64,000 nt of DNA. Source: Pseudomonadales bacterium. GTDB lineage: Bacteria > Pseudomonadota > Gammaproteobacteria > Pseudomonadales > Azotimanducaceae. Positions 38,826 through 47,276 of this stretch are shown in pieces (positions within the stretch are counted from its first letter, which is position 1; each line of letters begins with the position of its first letter). A model generated the notes under the pieces. The model was not told the origin of the DNA and did not search any database. It was given only the letters and a program-made list of their open reading frames with translations. The stretch is from assembly GCA_963664665.2 (NCBI GenBank), contig CAXXMH010000001.1, forward strand, positions 55,824 to 119,823. The letters run 5' to 3'. The translations under genes and the position numbers were made by a program.

Positions 38826-39917
38826 GTGTCTTTACCACGGCTTCTTCCAGTACCCGAAATTCGGCAGCGGTTGCAAACGATATTTCCAGAAGGTATTGAG
38901 AATCGAACATACGTTACTCGCGAAATGGCGGCGAAGACCGTATTCGTCATGCTCTATGTGGGCGCAGTAGAAGGTGGGGAACGATGGGTACGACCGGATC
39001 AGATCACACGAATGAGTGATGCGCAAGCTCAACTAGAGAGCCAAATTGAACGGGAGGAATGGGCTTTAACTTCGCTACTCGCTAATGTAGGAGCTATTGA
39101 AGGTCGTTGGTACGCTGCGAACACGAGAGAACCGATCAGAGATGAGACTCTTCGAGCAGGATTAGTTAAATTCGGCGCCGTTACGGAACGCAAGGATCTT
39201 CCCACCACGTCGCCGAGGCCAAGATACGCTTTAGCACGAGGCTTCGCTGTCCTATTTAGTCCTGAGCTGGACGAGGCTGTATTTCAATCGGCGGTCACGG
39301 ATTGGCGCGCTTCAAACTTGTCAAGAAGCGCATTAATGCGCACTACGCTGATGCTTCGAGGCTCAGTTGAACAAGGAGACCGAATACTCGTGACGTTTCC
39401 GGATGGAGAGACGCGCCACATGGAACCTGGACCGAGTTCGGTAATTTCGAAGGCGGTGGTTGAGGAGTTTGCGCCTAGGTTTCTTGAACAACCTGCTGTT
39501 ATCTGGTTGAGCGAGAGCAAGAGTCGTGTGGTCACTCGTGATGACGATCTAGCACAGCAGATTGGGTTAACGATTCATCCGGATCGTAATCTTCCAGACC
39601 TCATTTTGGTAGATCTTGGTCCACCGACGCCATTGCTGTTATTTGTGGAGATCGTTGCTACATCGGGTGAGATTAACGAAGTACGGAGGTCAGCTTTGAT
39701 GAAAGTAGCGACAGACGCTGGATTTGGTTCCGATCAAGTGACTTTTGTGACTGCATATCAAGACAGAGACTCTCGACCTCTGAAGGCGACGTTTGGCAGT
39801 CTTGCGTGGGGTTCATTTGCTTGGTTTATGACGGAACCGGATCAGATAGTGTTCTTTCACCGTCAAGACTCTGACGTTAACGTCTATTTAAGTAGCTTTG
39901 TCGAGCAAAGTCATTAA
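38826..39917 (+). CDS. Type II restriction endonuclease, BsuBI/PstI-like (tentative family assignment)
   Basis: 363 aa. It starts 6 nt after the methyltransferase stop. The N-terminal pattern RLQTIFPEG..NRTYVTREMAAKTVFVMLYVGAVEG and the C-terminal PDLILVD...LLLFVEIVATSGEI...FVTAYQDR...LAWGSFAW match my memory of BsuBI/PstI-family enzymes. No search was run. Confidence 0.6.
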   Translation: MSLPRLLPVPEIRQRLQTIFPEGIENRTYVTREMAAKTVFVMLYVGAVEGGERWVRPDQITRMSDAQAQLESQIEREEWALTSLLANVGAIEGRWYAANTREPIRDETLRAGLVKFGAVTERKDLPTTSPRPRYALARGFAVLFSPELDEAVFQSAVTDWRASNLSRSALMRTTLMLRGSVEQGDRILVTFPDGETRHMEPGPSSVISKAVVEEFAPRFLEQPAVIWLSESKSRVVTRDDDLAQQIGLTIHPDRNLPDLILVDLGPPTPLLLFVEIVATSGEINEVRRSALMKVATDAGFGSDQVTFVTAYQDRDSRPLKATFGSLAWGSFAWFMTEPDQIVFFHRQDSDVNVYLSSFVEQSH

Positions 39918-39977
39918 TTAGTCCTAAAACTTGGTTTCCAGAGCGATTGAGGACTTCTCACGCCACTAACATAACAC

Positions 39978-40004
39978 TCGACAAATATACATGTATATTA
40001 TAAT
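39978..40004 (+). promoter_or_regulatory. Candidate promoter of the TIR gene with an overlapping 14-bp perfect palindrome
   Basis: TCGACA (39978-39983), then a 15-nt spacer, then TATAAT (39999-40004). The spacer is almost entirely the palindrome ATATACATGTATAT (39985-39998). The spacer is shorter than the optimal 17 nt. Confidence 0.3.
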
Positions 40005-40053
40005 TCAGCCTAATTAAAGGCGTATTTCGATTAATGATGGTAAAGGAAATGTC

Positions 40054-41514
40054 GTGAATATTGAAAATGGTGGCGTAAATCCAAAGGCATAAATCAGCTA
40101 TAGTTGGAGTTCTCAAGAACATCAAGAGCTTGTTAGGTCGTGGGCCGATCGTCTAATCAATAATGGCGTTGACGTGGTGCTAGATCAATACGACCTTGAA
40201 CCAGGTGACGACACCTATAAATTCATGGAAAGGATGGTTGCGGACTCAACCGTGTCCCACGTTTTAGTCGTGTGTGACAAAGAGTACGCAGACAAAGCAA
40301 ATGCACGACGAGCAGGTGTTGGCGTAGAGTCGCAGATCATCTCTAAGGAAATTTATGAAGGTGTAGAGCAATCGAAGTTCATTCCAATCGTTACAGAGTT
40401 TAGTTCTGACGGTAAAGCAATCCTGCCTGTATTTATGAGCTCGCGCTTCTGGATCGACTTTTCATCCAATGAGAAGGTGAGGGACTCATGGGAGAGTCTG
40501 ATCCGCGTTCTGTACGACCGTCCACGTCTCGTTAAACCCAAACTAGGTGCAATACCGAAGTACTTAGATGAGGATTCAGTCGAAAACAATAGTGTGATTC
40601 GCGAAAAATTAGAAGTTTTCCGGTCAGCGGTGAAAGCGCGAAATCCAGATATTGCGAACCATAGAGCAGGCCTAATTGCTTCGTGTGTCGAATTTGCAGA
40701 TGGGATGAGAGTCAAGGTACCTTTAACTATAAGTGATCAAGATCTCGGCAGTAAAGTAGTGAACGATTGCAAGCAATTGGTGGCGTCTCGAGATGGACTA
40801 TTAGATTGGCTACTTTTCGACCTCGGCGCAGGTGATCAAAGCGTCGAATCTGCCACATTGACAGATGTGCTCGAGAAGTTATTAGAGCTTAAGGCGCGAC
40901 CTGAGGAATTAGGAGCTTGGAGTGATAAATGGTTCGGGGCACATTCAGTATTCGTCTACGAGTCATTTCTGTACATTGTTGCAGCGTTAATTCGATTTAA
41001 GCGTGCTGATCTTCTTCGATCAATATTCGAGTTCAGCTACCTATTGCCGCCAACGGATCGTGGAGCCGAAGACTTCGGTCGATTTGATCGATTCTGGGGT
41101 CGTTCGGAAGTTCTTTCGGTCGTTCTTCAAACTCCAGACGGTAGAAATTACTTTAGTACAGAGGCGGAGTTGATCAAACGTCAGGCTACGAGAACTGATC
41201 TATCTTTCAATGAAATAATGGAAGCAGAACTCCTGGTTTTTTTAGCTAGCTTGACCGACAACGTTTGTCAGTGGTATCCGGGTACGCTTCACTATGCAGA
41301 ATATAGTTGGGTGTCGCCATTTTTTCTGAGAGCAACTCGCCATTCAGATTTCGAGCTGCTAGCGAGAATCGTGAGGATTGAGAACGCCGACGAATTGCGC
41401 ACGCGAGTGAGAGAACGTTTTGACACAATGAATAGTAATCTCATGGGCAATTTTCGGATGCAAGGAAGCCCCTTCTGGTCCATGATGAATCTTAAAAATC
41501 TCGATACTCTTTAG
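40054..41514 (+). pseudogene. TIR-domain protein with an uncharacterised C-terminal domain of about 330 aa; the native frame is interrupted by an in-frame TAA at 40090-40092
   Basis: The GTG at 40054 has AAGGA 6 nt upstream and reads VNIENGGVNPKA-TAA-ISYSWSSQEHQELVRSWADRLINNGVDVVLDQYDLEPGDD, in frame with the listed ORF 40174-41514. ISYSW..(D/E)H..WV and the GVGVES segment (which retains the conserved Glu) are typical of bacterial TIR/SEFIR-like domains. Confidence 0.7.
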
Positions 41515-41785
41515 TCCACGTATATCGAACTTTCAATTTGTTTTGTGGGCATGCACTTGCGCCACTTACTTCACTCGGCTCATTTCATAGTCAGCGGAGG
41601 TGGGGCACTCAATAAGATTCGCTACATTCACGTCGTAGTAATACCATGTGGTTAATAGAATTGCGCGCATTTGATCGACACACTTAACCAAGGCGTCGGG
41701 GTCTGTCATGACAGGCACGAGATTCGTATTAACGACGCCAGTTTGATTCCAACGTAATTTCGTCCTCTATTTGTAGGAGCATTCC

Positions 41786-42670
41786 ATGAGTGATTTTGAT
41801 GGCAAAGTGGTCATCGTGACAGGCGCTGGAGGCGGTTTAGGTCGCTGTCATGCGCTGCAATTTGCCGAACGCGGTGCGAAGGTCGTTGTGAATGACCTTG
41901 GTGGTGGCGTGCACGGCGGCGGGTCAAGCGACATGGCGGATGCGGTGGTTGACGAGATTAAAGCGGCTGGCGGTGAAGCTGTACCGAACAAAGCGTCCGT
42001 TTCGAGCCGTGAAGGTGCTGCCAGCATCGTTGAGGATGCCGTGAAAGCGTTTGGAACCGTAGATATCGTCGTCAACAATGCCGGAATCCTTCGAGATAAG
42101 TCATTCAAGAACATGACGTTGGACGAGTTCGATCTCGTGATTGATGTTCACCTACGAGGGACCGCATACGTCACGAAGGCTGCGTGGCCGATCATGTATG
42201 AGAAGAACTGGGGACGCGTCGTACTCACCAGTTCAACCTCAGGGATTTATGGTAATTTCGGACAAGCCAACTACGGTGCCGCGAAAATGGCGATGTTGGG
42301 TCTGATGAACGTACTAGCTATCGAAGGCGCGTCACACAACATTCGTGTGAACTGTCTGGCGCCAGGTGCGGCGACGCGCATGACGGCGAGCGTGCCAGGT
42401 TCGACCTTGGACGCCGAGAATCCACCACCTCAAATGGATCCAGCATTGGTCTCTCCCGCTGTACTTTACATGTGCAGCGAGAATGCGCCGTCAGCTGTAA
42501 CCATCCATGCCTCAGGAGGACGTTTCTCACGCTCACAGACGTTCACCAACGAAGGGCTTCGCTTAGGCGAAGATGCGTCCTTTGAGACGCTTGCCGAAGC
42601 GCCGGAATCCGCTCTCGATATGGGAAGTGCAGAACCGTTCGATCCGCTCAATCGGAAGCGAAGAAGCTAG
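41786..42670 (+). CDS. SDR oxidoreductase resembling the (3R)-hydroxyacyl-CoA dehydrogenase domain of multifunctional enzyme type 2
   Basis: 294 aa. VVIVTGAGGGLGRCHALQFAERGAKVVVNDLGG, VVNNAGILRDKSF and SSTSGIYGNFGQANYGAAK run almost colinearly with the N-terminal domain of peroxisomal MFE-2 (HSD17B4) as I remember it. Confidence 0.88.
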   Translation: MSDFDGKVVIVTGAGGGLGRCHALQFAERGAKVVVNDLGGGVHGGGSSDMADAVVDEIKAAGGEAVPNKASVSSREGAASIVEDAVKAFGTVDIVVNNAGILRDKSFKNMTLDEFDLVIDVHLRGTAYVTKAAWPIMYEKNWGRVVLTSSTSGIYGNFGQANYGAAKMAMLGLMNVLAIEGASHNIRVNCLAPGAATRMTASVPGSTLDAENPPPQMDPALVSPAVLYMCSENAPSAVTIHASGGRFSRSQTFTNEGLRLGEDASFETLAEAPESALDMGSAEPFDPLNRKRRS

Positions 42671-42703
42671 CGAACCTTAGCCTGATAGCGACCAAGTTTT
42701 AAG

Positions 42704-42736
42704 AGCCCTATCTAGACGATGGATGGGGCTTTTTTT
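42704..42736 (+). terminator. Intrinsic terminator after the MFE-2-like SDR gene
   Basis: A 9-bp stem AGCCCTATC (42704-42712) / GATGGGGCT (22-30 of the 427xx line, with one G-U pair), a 9-nt loop, then TTTTTTT (42730-42736). Confidence 0.6.
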
Positions 42737-42819
42737 GTTTGAATGGTGACGGGACTGTGTTCAATACAGCATTCTCACTTCACATTCGCGAACGCGGCAT
42801 CTCAGGTGTCGTATAGGAC

Positions 42820-43506
42820 ATGATTCAGTACGATCCTAGAAGTAGCGACGCGCGCTTAATCGTCTACCTCGACATTAAGAGCCCATATGCGTATCTGGCT
42901 AAAGATCCGACAAAACAGCTCGCGGTTGACTTCAACATCGAGATCGATTGGCGCCCGTTGACGCTCAACATCCCTAGTTTTCTAGGCTCGGCGCGTGTTG
43001 ACGATCGCGGTGAAGTCGTCGAGAGTGAAAGGTCACCACGGCAGTGGAGCTCGGTACGTTATTCATACATGGATGCCAAGCGCTATGCGCGTATCCATGA
43101 TATCAAGATCTACGGTCCTCGCAAGATCTGGGATACTCGTCTGATCCATATCGGATTTCTATACGTTAAGGAACGTTACCCCGATCAGCTTCTAACTTTC
43201 CTAGATCGGGTCTATGAACGGTTTTGGTTGCGCGAACTGGATGTGGAGTCTTCCGAGATCGTACATGGAATCCTGCGTGAACTCGGGATTCCCGATGAGG
43301 ACTTTGACGCGTATGTTGAAGGAGAAGGTGGAACATCTCACGACATGCTGCAGGAAGCATTACATCCTGCGGGGATATTTGGCGTGCCGTCCTATATTCT
43401 CGATGACGAACTCTTCTTCGGTCGCGAAAACCTGCCTTACATTCGCTGGAAACTAGGTGGGCGAGATGGACCACCCCCAGATATGGCCTATCGGCATTTC
43501 ACATGA
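42820..43506 (+). CDS. 2-hydroxychromene-2-carboxylate isomerase / kappa-GST family protein (DsbA-like fold, no CxxC)
   Basis: 228 aa. The N-terminal motif YLDIKSPYAYLA has Ser where DsbA has CxxC. The C-terminal motif GIFGVPSYILDDELFFGRE is typical of the HCCA isomerase family. Confidence 0.8.
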   Translation: MIQYDPRSSDARLIVYLDIKSPYAYLAKDPTKQLAVDFNIEIDWRPLTLNIPSFLGSARVDDRGEVVESERSPRQWSSVRYSYMDAKRYARIHDIKIYGPRKIWDTRLIHIGFLYVKERYPDQLLTFLDRVYERFWLRELDVESSEIVHGILRELGIPDEDFDAYVEGEGGTSHDMLQEALHPAGIFGVPSYILDDELFFGRENLPYIRWKLGGRDGPPPDMAYRHFT

Positions 43507-44099
43507 TTGAGCTCGTACTAGATTTTGTGAGCCTGAATGCGTATCTTGCCCTCGGTCCCGCGAAACGACTTGCTGAAGAGCTCGACGTTGAGCTCAAACT
43601 AACGCCTTTGCGTTCCGAAAGTGATCTGAGTTTTCTGTCGCAACCATCTTCTGCTGATGACTTAGGACAGCGTCATCGCCGGATACGCGCTGACTATGCA
43701 CAAGCTGATGTTTTGCGATACGCGGCTGTACAAGGACTGAATATCCAGATCGACGGTAGAAATTACGACTCCACCGTAGCATTGAAAGGCTTACTTGCTG
43801 CGAATGCAGAAGGTAGAGGTTTCGATTACGCGGGTACTGTGTTCGCGCAGTTCTGGGCGGGTGAATTAGCAATCGATTCAAACGACGCGATCGCAAGGGT
43901 GCTGGAGGACTTCGGGGTAGTGGATTTCGATGCCACAGACTCCCATTGGGATCTTGAAAGCGTCAAAGCACAAATGGACAAACGTGAGATCTACTCGGTG
44001 CCGACGTTTGACGTTGAGGGGGAGCGGTATCTCGGTCGTCAACATTTACCGATGATCCGATGGCAACTCGCAGGTTACCAAGGTCCCGGTCCAATTTAG
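43503..44099 (+). CDS. Second DsbA-like / HCCA-isomerase family paralogue
   Basis: 198 aa. It has LDFVSLNAYLA at the N-terminus and VPTFDVEGERYLGRQHL near the C-terminus. It overlaps the previous gene by 4 nt. Confidence 0.7.
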   Translation: MIELVLDFVSLNAYLALGPAKRLAEELDVELKLTPLRSESDLSFLSQPSSADDLGQRHRRIRADYAQADVLRYAAVQGLNIQIDGRNYDSTVALKGLLAANAEGRGFDYAGTVFAQFWAGELAIDSNDAIARVLEDFGVVDFDATDSHWDLESVKAQMDKREIYSVPTFDVEGERYLGRQHLPMIRWQLAGYQGPGPI

Positions 44100-44459
44100 T
44101 TATTTTGATGGTGCTCGTTTCTGAGGCAAGACAGTTTCGAAGTTACTCGATAGTCACTAGAACACATTAGAACGATTACAGCTCATTAATGGAGAGCTAT
44201 GTTGAACTCCGTTTTCTCCGTACGATATCGAATTAAATCGTGGTTTTTCCCGCATTTTTGAAATGTCAATTTCGGCACGTGGCGCGAGTATCTGCCGAAA
44301 ATGCTCTCATCTTCTTACATGATCCATTCATCCGCGGCCGTGAACCTCTGGAACGGTCGAACCGGTTCGGGTGTGAAGAACCACCGTTCGGTGCTGCATC
44401 GCTTGACCGATTTGGTAACCTTGTCGCTCTAACGCAGACAACGCACACAAGCGAGGCAA

Positions 44460-44825
44460 ATGATGTCGGAAGGCTTGGTTGAGATCAGAGACTACACAAT
44501 CGAAAGTTCCCAGTTTGACGGCTATCGGGAGTGGGCTCACAAGCTGGCGGCCCCGTGGCTTTTGGCCAATCTTGATGTAATCGACTTCTGGCTTGATGAC
44601 GGCAGCGAGGCGGAGGTGACGGGTACCGCACCACATGTCTCACCGAACGGTCAGGCCAATGTGTGCTGGATCATACACTGGCCGGACCGAGCCACCCGCG
44701 ACGAAGGGATGCGCCAATTGGGACGCAATCCCGAGTGGCAGGCGATCTGGGCCAAGCACCCATGCCCGGACGCCTATCTGCAGATGAACGCTCGCTTCAT
44801 GAAAGCGGCTCGCGACGCTATCTGA
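44460..44825 (+). CDS. NIPSNAP-like / dimeric alpha-beta barrel protein
   Basis: 121 aa. The pattern VEIRDYTI...GYREW...W...R..G resembles NIPSNAP family domains. This is a weak, memory-based call. Confidence 0.55.
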   Translation: MMSEGLVEIRDYTIESSQFDGYREWAHKLAAPWLLANLDVIDFWLDDGSEAEVTGTAPHVSPNGQANVCWIIHWPDRATRDEGMRQLGRNPEWQAIWAKHPCPDAYLQMNARFMKAARDAI

Positions 44826-44950
44826 AAACGTTTAGCCTTGATCTAGGTAGAAACAGTAGTTTGTGTCCGGAGGTCTTGTTACCCTATCGCGTCTCATATG
44901 TGAGAGAAAGTGCTAATTTAGACGCGATTTGAACGACATGTTCTCAATCG

Positions 44951-46519
44951 TTAGAAAGGCTTCTGGCGTCCCATTAACGTGTCATCCCAACGACGGTCTT
45001 GTAGAAAACGTAATGCCGTCGCATGACTGCTAGTTGTACCAATTCGAGTTAGCGCCTCAACCGCAACCGCGGGAACGTAACCGTTAGGATCTTGCAGAAC
45101 CCGTTCCAATACCGCTTCGATCTTGTCGAGATCGTTGTCGTAGTTGATACCGCTTAATAAAGCGAATGTTGCGTTCAACCTAACCTGGTCTTCGCCGGTC
45201 CAACCGCGCATAACTTCAGCGTCCTGCCATTGGGGATTCGAAGTCGTTAACAGTCGTTGCATGGGTTCCAACGCGAAATCCATGCCTTCGCCAATAGACG
45301 CGATTGCGTCGAGCGTTTGTCGCACTACCTGCTGATGCGGATCGTCCAGCAGTTTGATGATTTCAGGCATTGCTACTCGAGCCGATGGTCCGATTTCGCC
45401 AAGCGCGAACACTGCATTGATGCGCACCCATGGGTCAGCGTTTTGTAGGAGTTCGGCCAATGGACCCACCGCGGGTTCGCCAGACGAAGCAAGCGCGTAA
45501 GCCGCATCGTCAAATACGATCGCACGTTCATTCCAACGTCGTTCAGTTCCGATGACATGATCCCTAGGGATCGACTTGCCTTCTTTATTGACGGCTTTGC
45601 GTCTTTCGTGCATGCCTTGGTTCGCCAAGCCGCGAAGTTGGTCGATCAACACTTGAATATCTGCATCGGTAACGGAGTGGTAGACACTGCGCATTCGTTG
45701 TTCTTCATCCAATGAATTCAGCGCATTAGTGTCGATACCGCCGTTGGTATGTTTACGTTCGTCGCCGCGCATCCAATGCCAGATGTATTGCCATGCTGGA
45801 TCAAGGTCGACCTCCGTACGAGTAGATTCCGGCACTTGCCACTCCACGTCACGACTTTGCCATGTAGGGATGCGTGGGTAGTCTGTTCGTGTAAACACGA
45901 TCTTGATCATGTATCGAGCATGGTCGGTACGATTTGGCCAACCTGCATGAACCGTATCGAAATGTAGTAGCAAGAATGAACCGGCATTTACGTGATCTGG
46001 TAATACCACGCCAGTAGGTTCGTGTGGTTCGCTGAAGAGGTAGCTGCCGGCTTGATACCTCGTTGGACCCATGATTTCCGGCGTGTAGTGCGGGAAATAG
46101 AAGGCAATCAGGTACTTCGGTGTGTGGTGCCGCGCGCGTGATAGCGGACTTTGTGCATCCTGGTGCCATCCGGACCCGGCCATCGATCCCTTTCCCATCG
46201 CGGGAGCGTTGTGGTCTGGGGCATAGTTGACATCTCTGTCCTCGACCGGACGGCTTGTATGGATCGCCCGGTGAGGATGGACGTAGTAGTTGGGTCCTAG
46301 TAGGCTCGTGAGTGCGCCTCGGATATTCGGCGCACGGAGGATTTCCCAAATCTCGGGTACACGAGATAGGACGTTGTTACCTGCTGGAAACTCATTCTCG
46401 GTTGAGAAACGAAGTTTTTCATCGATCTTACTGTGAATCTCGGGATCGACATCTGGCTTGAACCCGAGACAGCCGTCGACGATAAATTGGCGTACTTGCT
46501 CATCGGTGAGGAGTTTCAT
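44951..46519 (-). CDS. Fe(II)/2-oxoglutarate dioxygenase of the phytanoyl-CoA dioxygenase (PhyH) family fused to C-terminal HEAT repeats
   Basis: 522 aa. It has a PhyH-type N-terminus (LLTDEQVRQFIVDGCL), the HxD motif in GSGWHQDA, and a distal His in LLHFDTVHAGWPNR. The C-terminal ~200 aa carry HEAT/PBS-lyase-like repeats (DPWVRINAVFALGEIG, DDPHQQVVRQTLDAIASIG, DPNGYVPAVAVEALTRIG). Confidence 0.8.
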   Translation of the reverse strand: MKLLTDEQVRQFIVDGCLGFKPDVDPEIHSKIDEKLRFSTENEFPAGNNVLSRVPEIWEILRAPNIRGALTSLLGPNYYVHPHRAIHTSRPVEDRDVNYAPDHNAPAMGKGSMAGSGWHQDAQSPLSRARHHTPKYLIAFYFPHYTPEIMGPTRYQAGSYLFSEPHEPTGVVLPDHVNAGSFLLLHFDTVHAGWPNRTDHARYMIKIVFTRTDYPRIPTWQSRDVEWQVPESTRTEVDLDPAWQYIWHWMRGDERKHTNGGIDTNALNSLDEEQRMRSVYHSVTDADIQVLIDQLRGLANQGMHERRKAVNKEGKSIPRDHVIGTERRWNERAIVFDDAAYALASSGEPAVGPLAELLQNADPWVRINAVFALGEIGPSARVAMPEIIKLLDDPHQQVVRQTLDAIASIGEGMDFALEPMQRLLTTSNPQWQDAEVMRGWTGEDQVRLNATFALLSGINYDNDLDKIEAVLERVLQDPNGYVPAVAVEALTRIGTTSSHATALRFLQDRRWDDTLMGRQKPF

Positions 46520-46559
46520 GTTTTGATATTCAACCTAGAGATGTTCAGGGTGGTCGCGC

Positions 46560-47276
46560 TCATGTGAAGGCTAACGCGCGCGCAAAATCAGTATCGGTGC
46601 CTCGAAGTATGAGGTGTTTCACCTGAGTGTAGGCTGAAGATGAGACGCGAATCAAGTCGTTGAGAAAGTCACGAGATGACTCTCGGATATCGGGTTCCCC
46701 GTCGACGATTGCATGTGCAAGCCCGAACTCAATCGCTTGTGAGCCGTTCATGATCTCGCCGAGGTATGCAACGCGTGAGACGACGGAGAGATTTGTGAGG
46801 CGCGGTAGCTTGTAGGACCAACCTTCTGCAGCCCACAGCGCGCGATCGATGCGTGGATCGCCGTATCGAATGTCGGGTGTTACGACGCGAAAATCGCAAG
46901 ACAGGCTGTAGTCATAACCGGAACCGAGCGCAATGCCGTGCATTAACGCGACCGTAGGTTTAGAAAGGTGGTGGAGCCGACTGCAGGATTGCAGCAGAAC
47001 CGCAGGTCCACTACCCATTTCGAGATCAACCTTGCGATGTCGGTGCGGATCCTCGCCTTCGTATGGTGCGGCAGAGAGATCATCGCCGGAACAGAACCCG
47101 CGACCGATTCCGGAAAGGGCAACAACCTTGACGTTTGGGTCGTTTTCCGCGAGTTCGAATTGCGACATCAATCGAAGATGTTGTGCATAGTCGATCGCAT
47201 TAATTTTGGAAGGTCGATTGAGTATGAGGTGACGCACGCCATCCTCATCTTTTATCAACAGTGGCTCGTCGCTCAC
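46560..47276 (-). CDS. Enoyl-CoA hydratase/isomerase (crotonase) family protein
   Basis: 238 aa. It has a crotonase fold pattern (VRHLILNRPSKINAID, VVALSGIGRGFCSGDDL, ALMHGIALGSG). Confidence 0.85.
   Translation of the reverse strand: MSDEPLLIKDEDGVRHLILNRPSKINAIDYAQHLRLMSQFELAENDPNVKVVALSGIGRGFCSGDDLSAAPYEGEDPHRHRKVDLEMGSGPAVLLQSCSRLHHLSKPTVALMHGIALGSGYDYSLSCDFRVVTPDIRYGDPRIDRALWAAEGWSYKLPRLTNLSVVSRVAYLGEIMNGSQAIEFGLAHAIVDGEPDIRESSRDFLNDLIRVSSSAYTQVKHLILRGTDTDFARALAFT

Noticed and set aside
41566-41709. A 47-aa minus-strand ORF (MTDPDALVKCVDQMRAILLTTWYYYDVNVANLIECPTSADYEMSRVK) in the spacer after the TIR gene. It could be a small partner or antitoxin-like gene.
   Set aside because: It has no recognisable motif, no clear Shine-Dalgarno, and a length compatible with chance. 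It is worth a homology search, but I cannot support it from sequence alone.
34583-41785. Calling the whole segment a classical tRNA-integrated genomic island or mobile element.
   Set aside because: No integrase, excisionase or transposase ORF is present. I could not spot by eye a direct repeat of the tRNA-Pro 3' end at a distal boundary. I kept it only as a hypothesis in the findings.
44240-44482. An 80-aa ORF in the gap upstream of the NIPSNAP gene.
   Set aside because: It has no motifs and an Arg/Phe-rich odd composition. It overlaps the better-supported NIPSNAP start and is likely spurious.
44886-44928. A 9-bp inverted repeat ATCGCGTCT...AGACGCGAT between the convergent NIPSNAP and PhyH-HEAT genes, considered as a bidirectional terminator.
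   Set aside because: The loop is 25 nt, and there is no U-tract on either strand. I did not call it.
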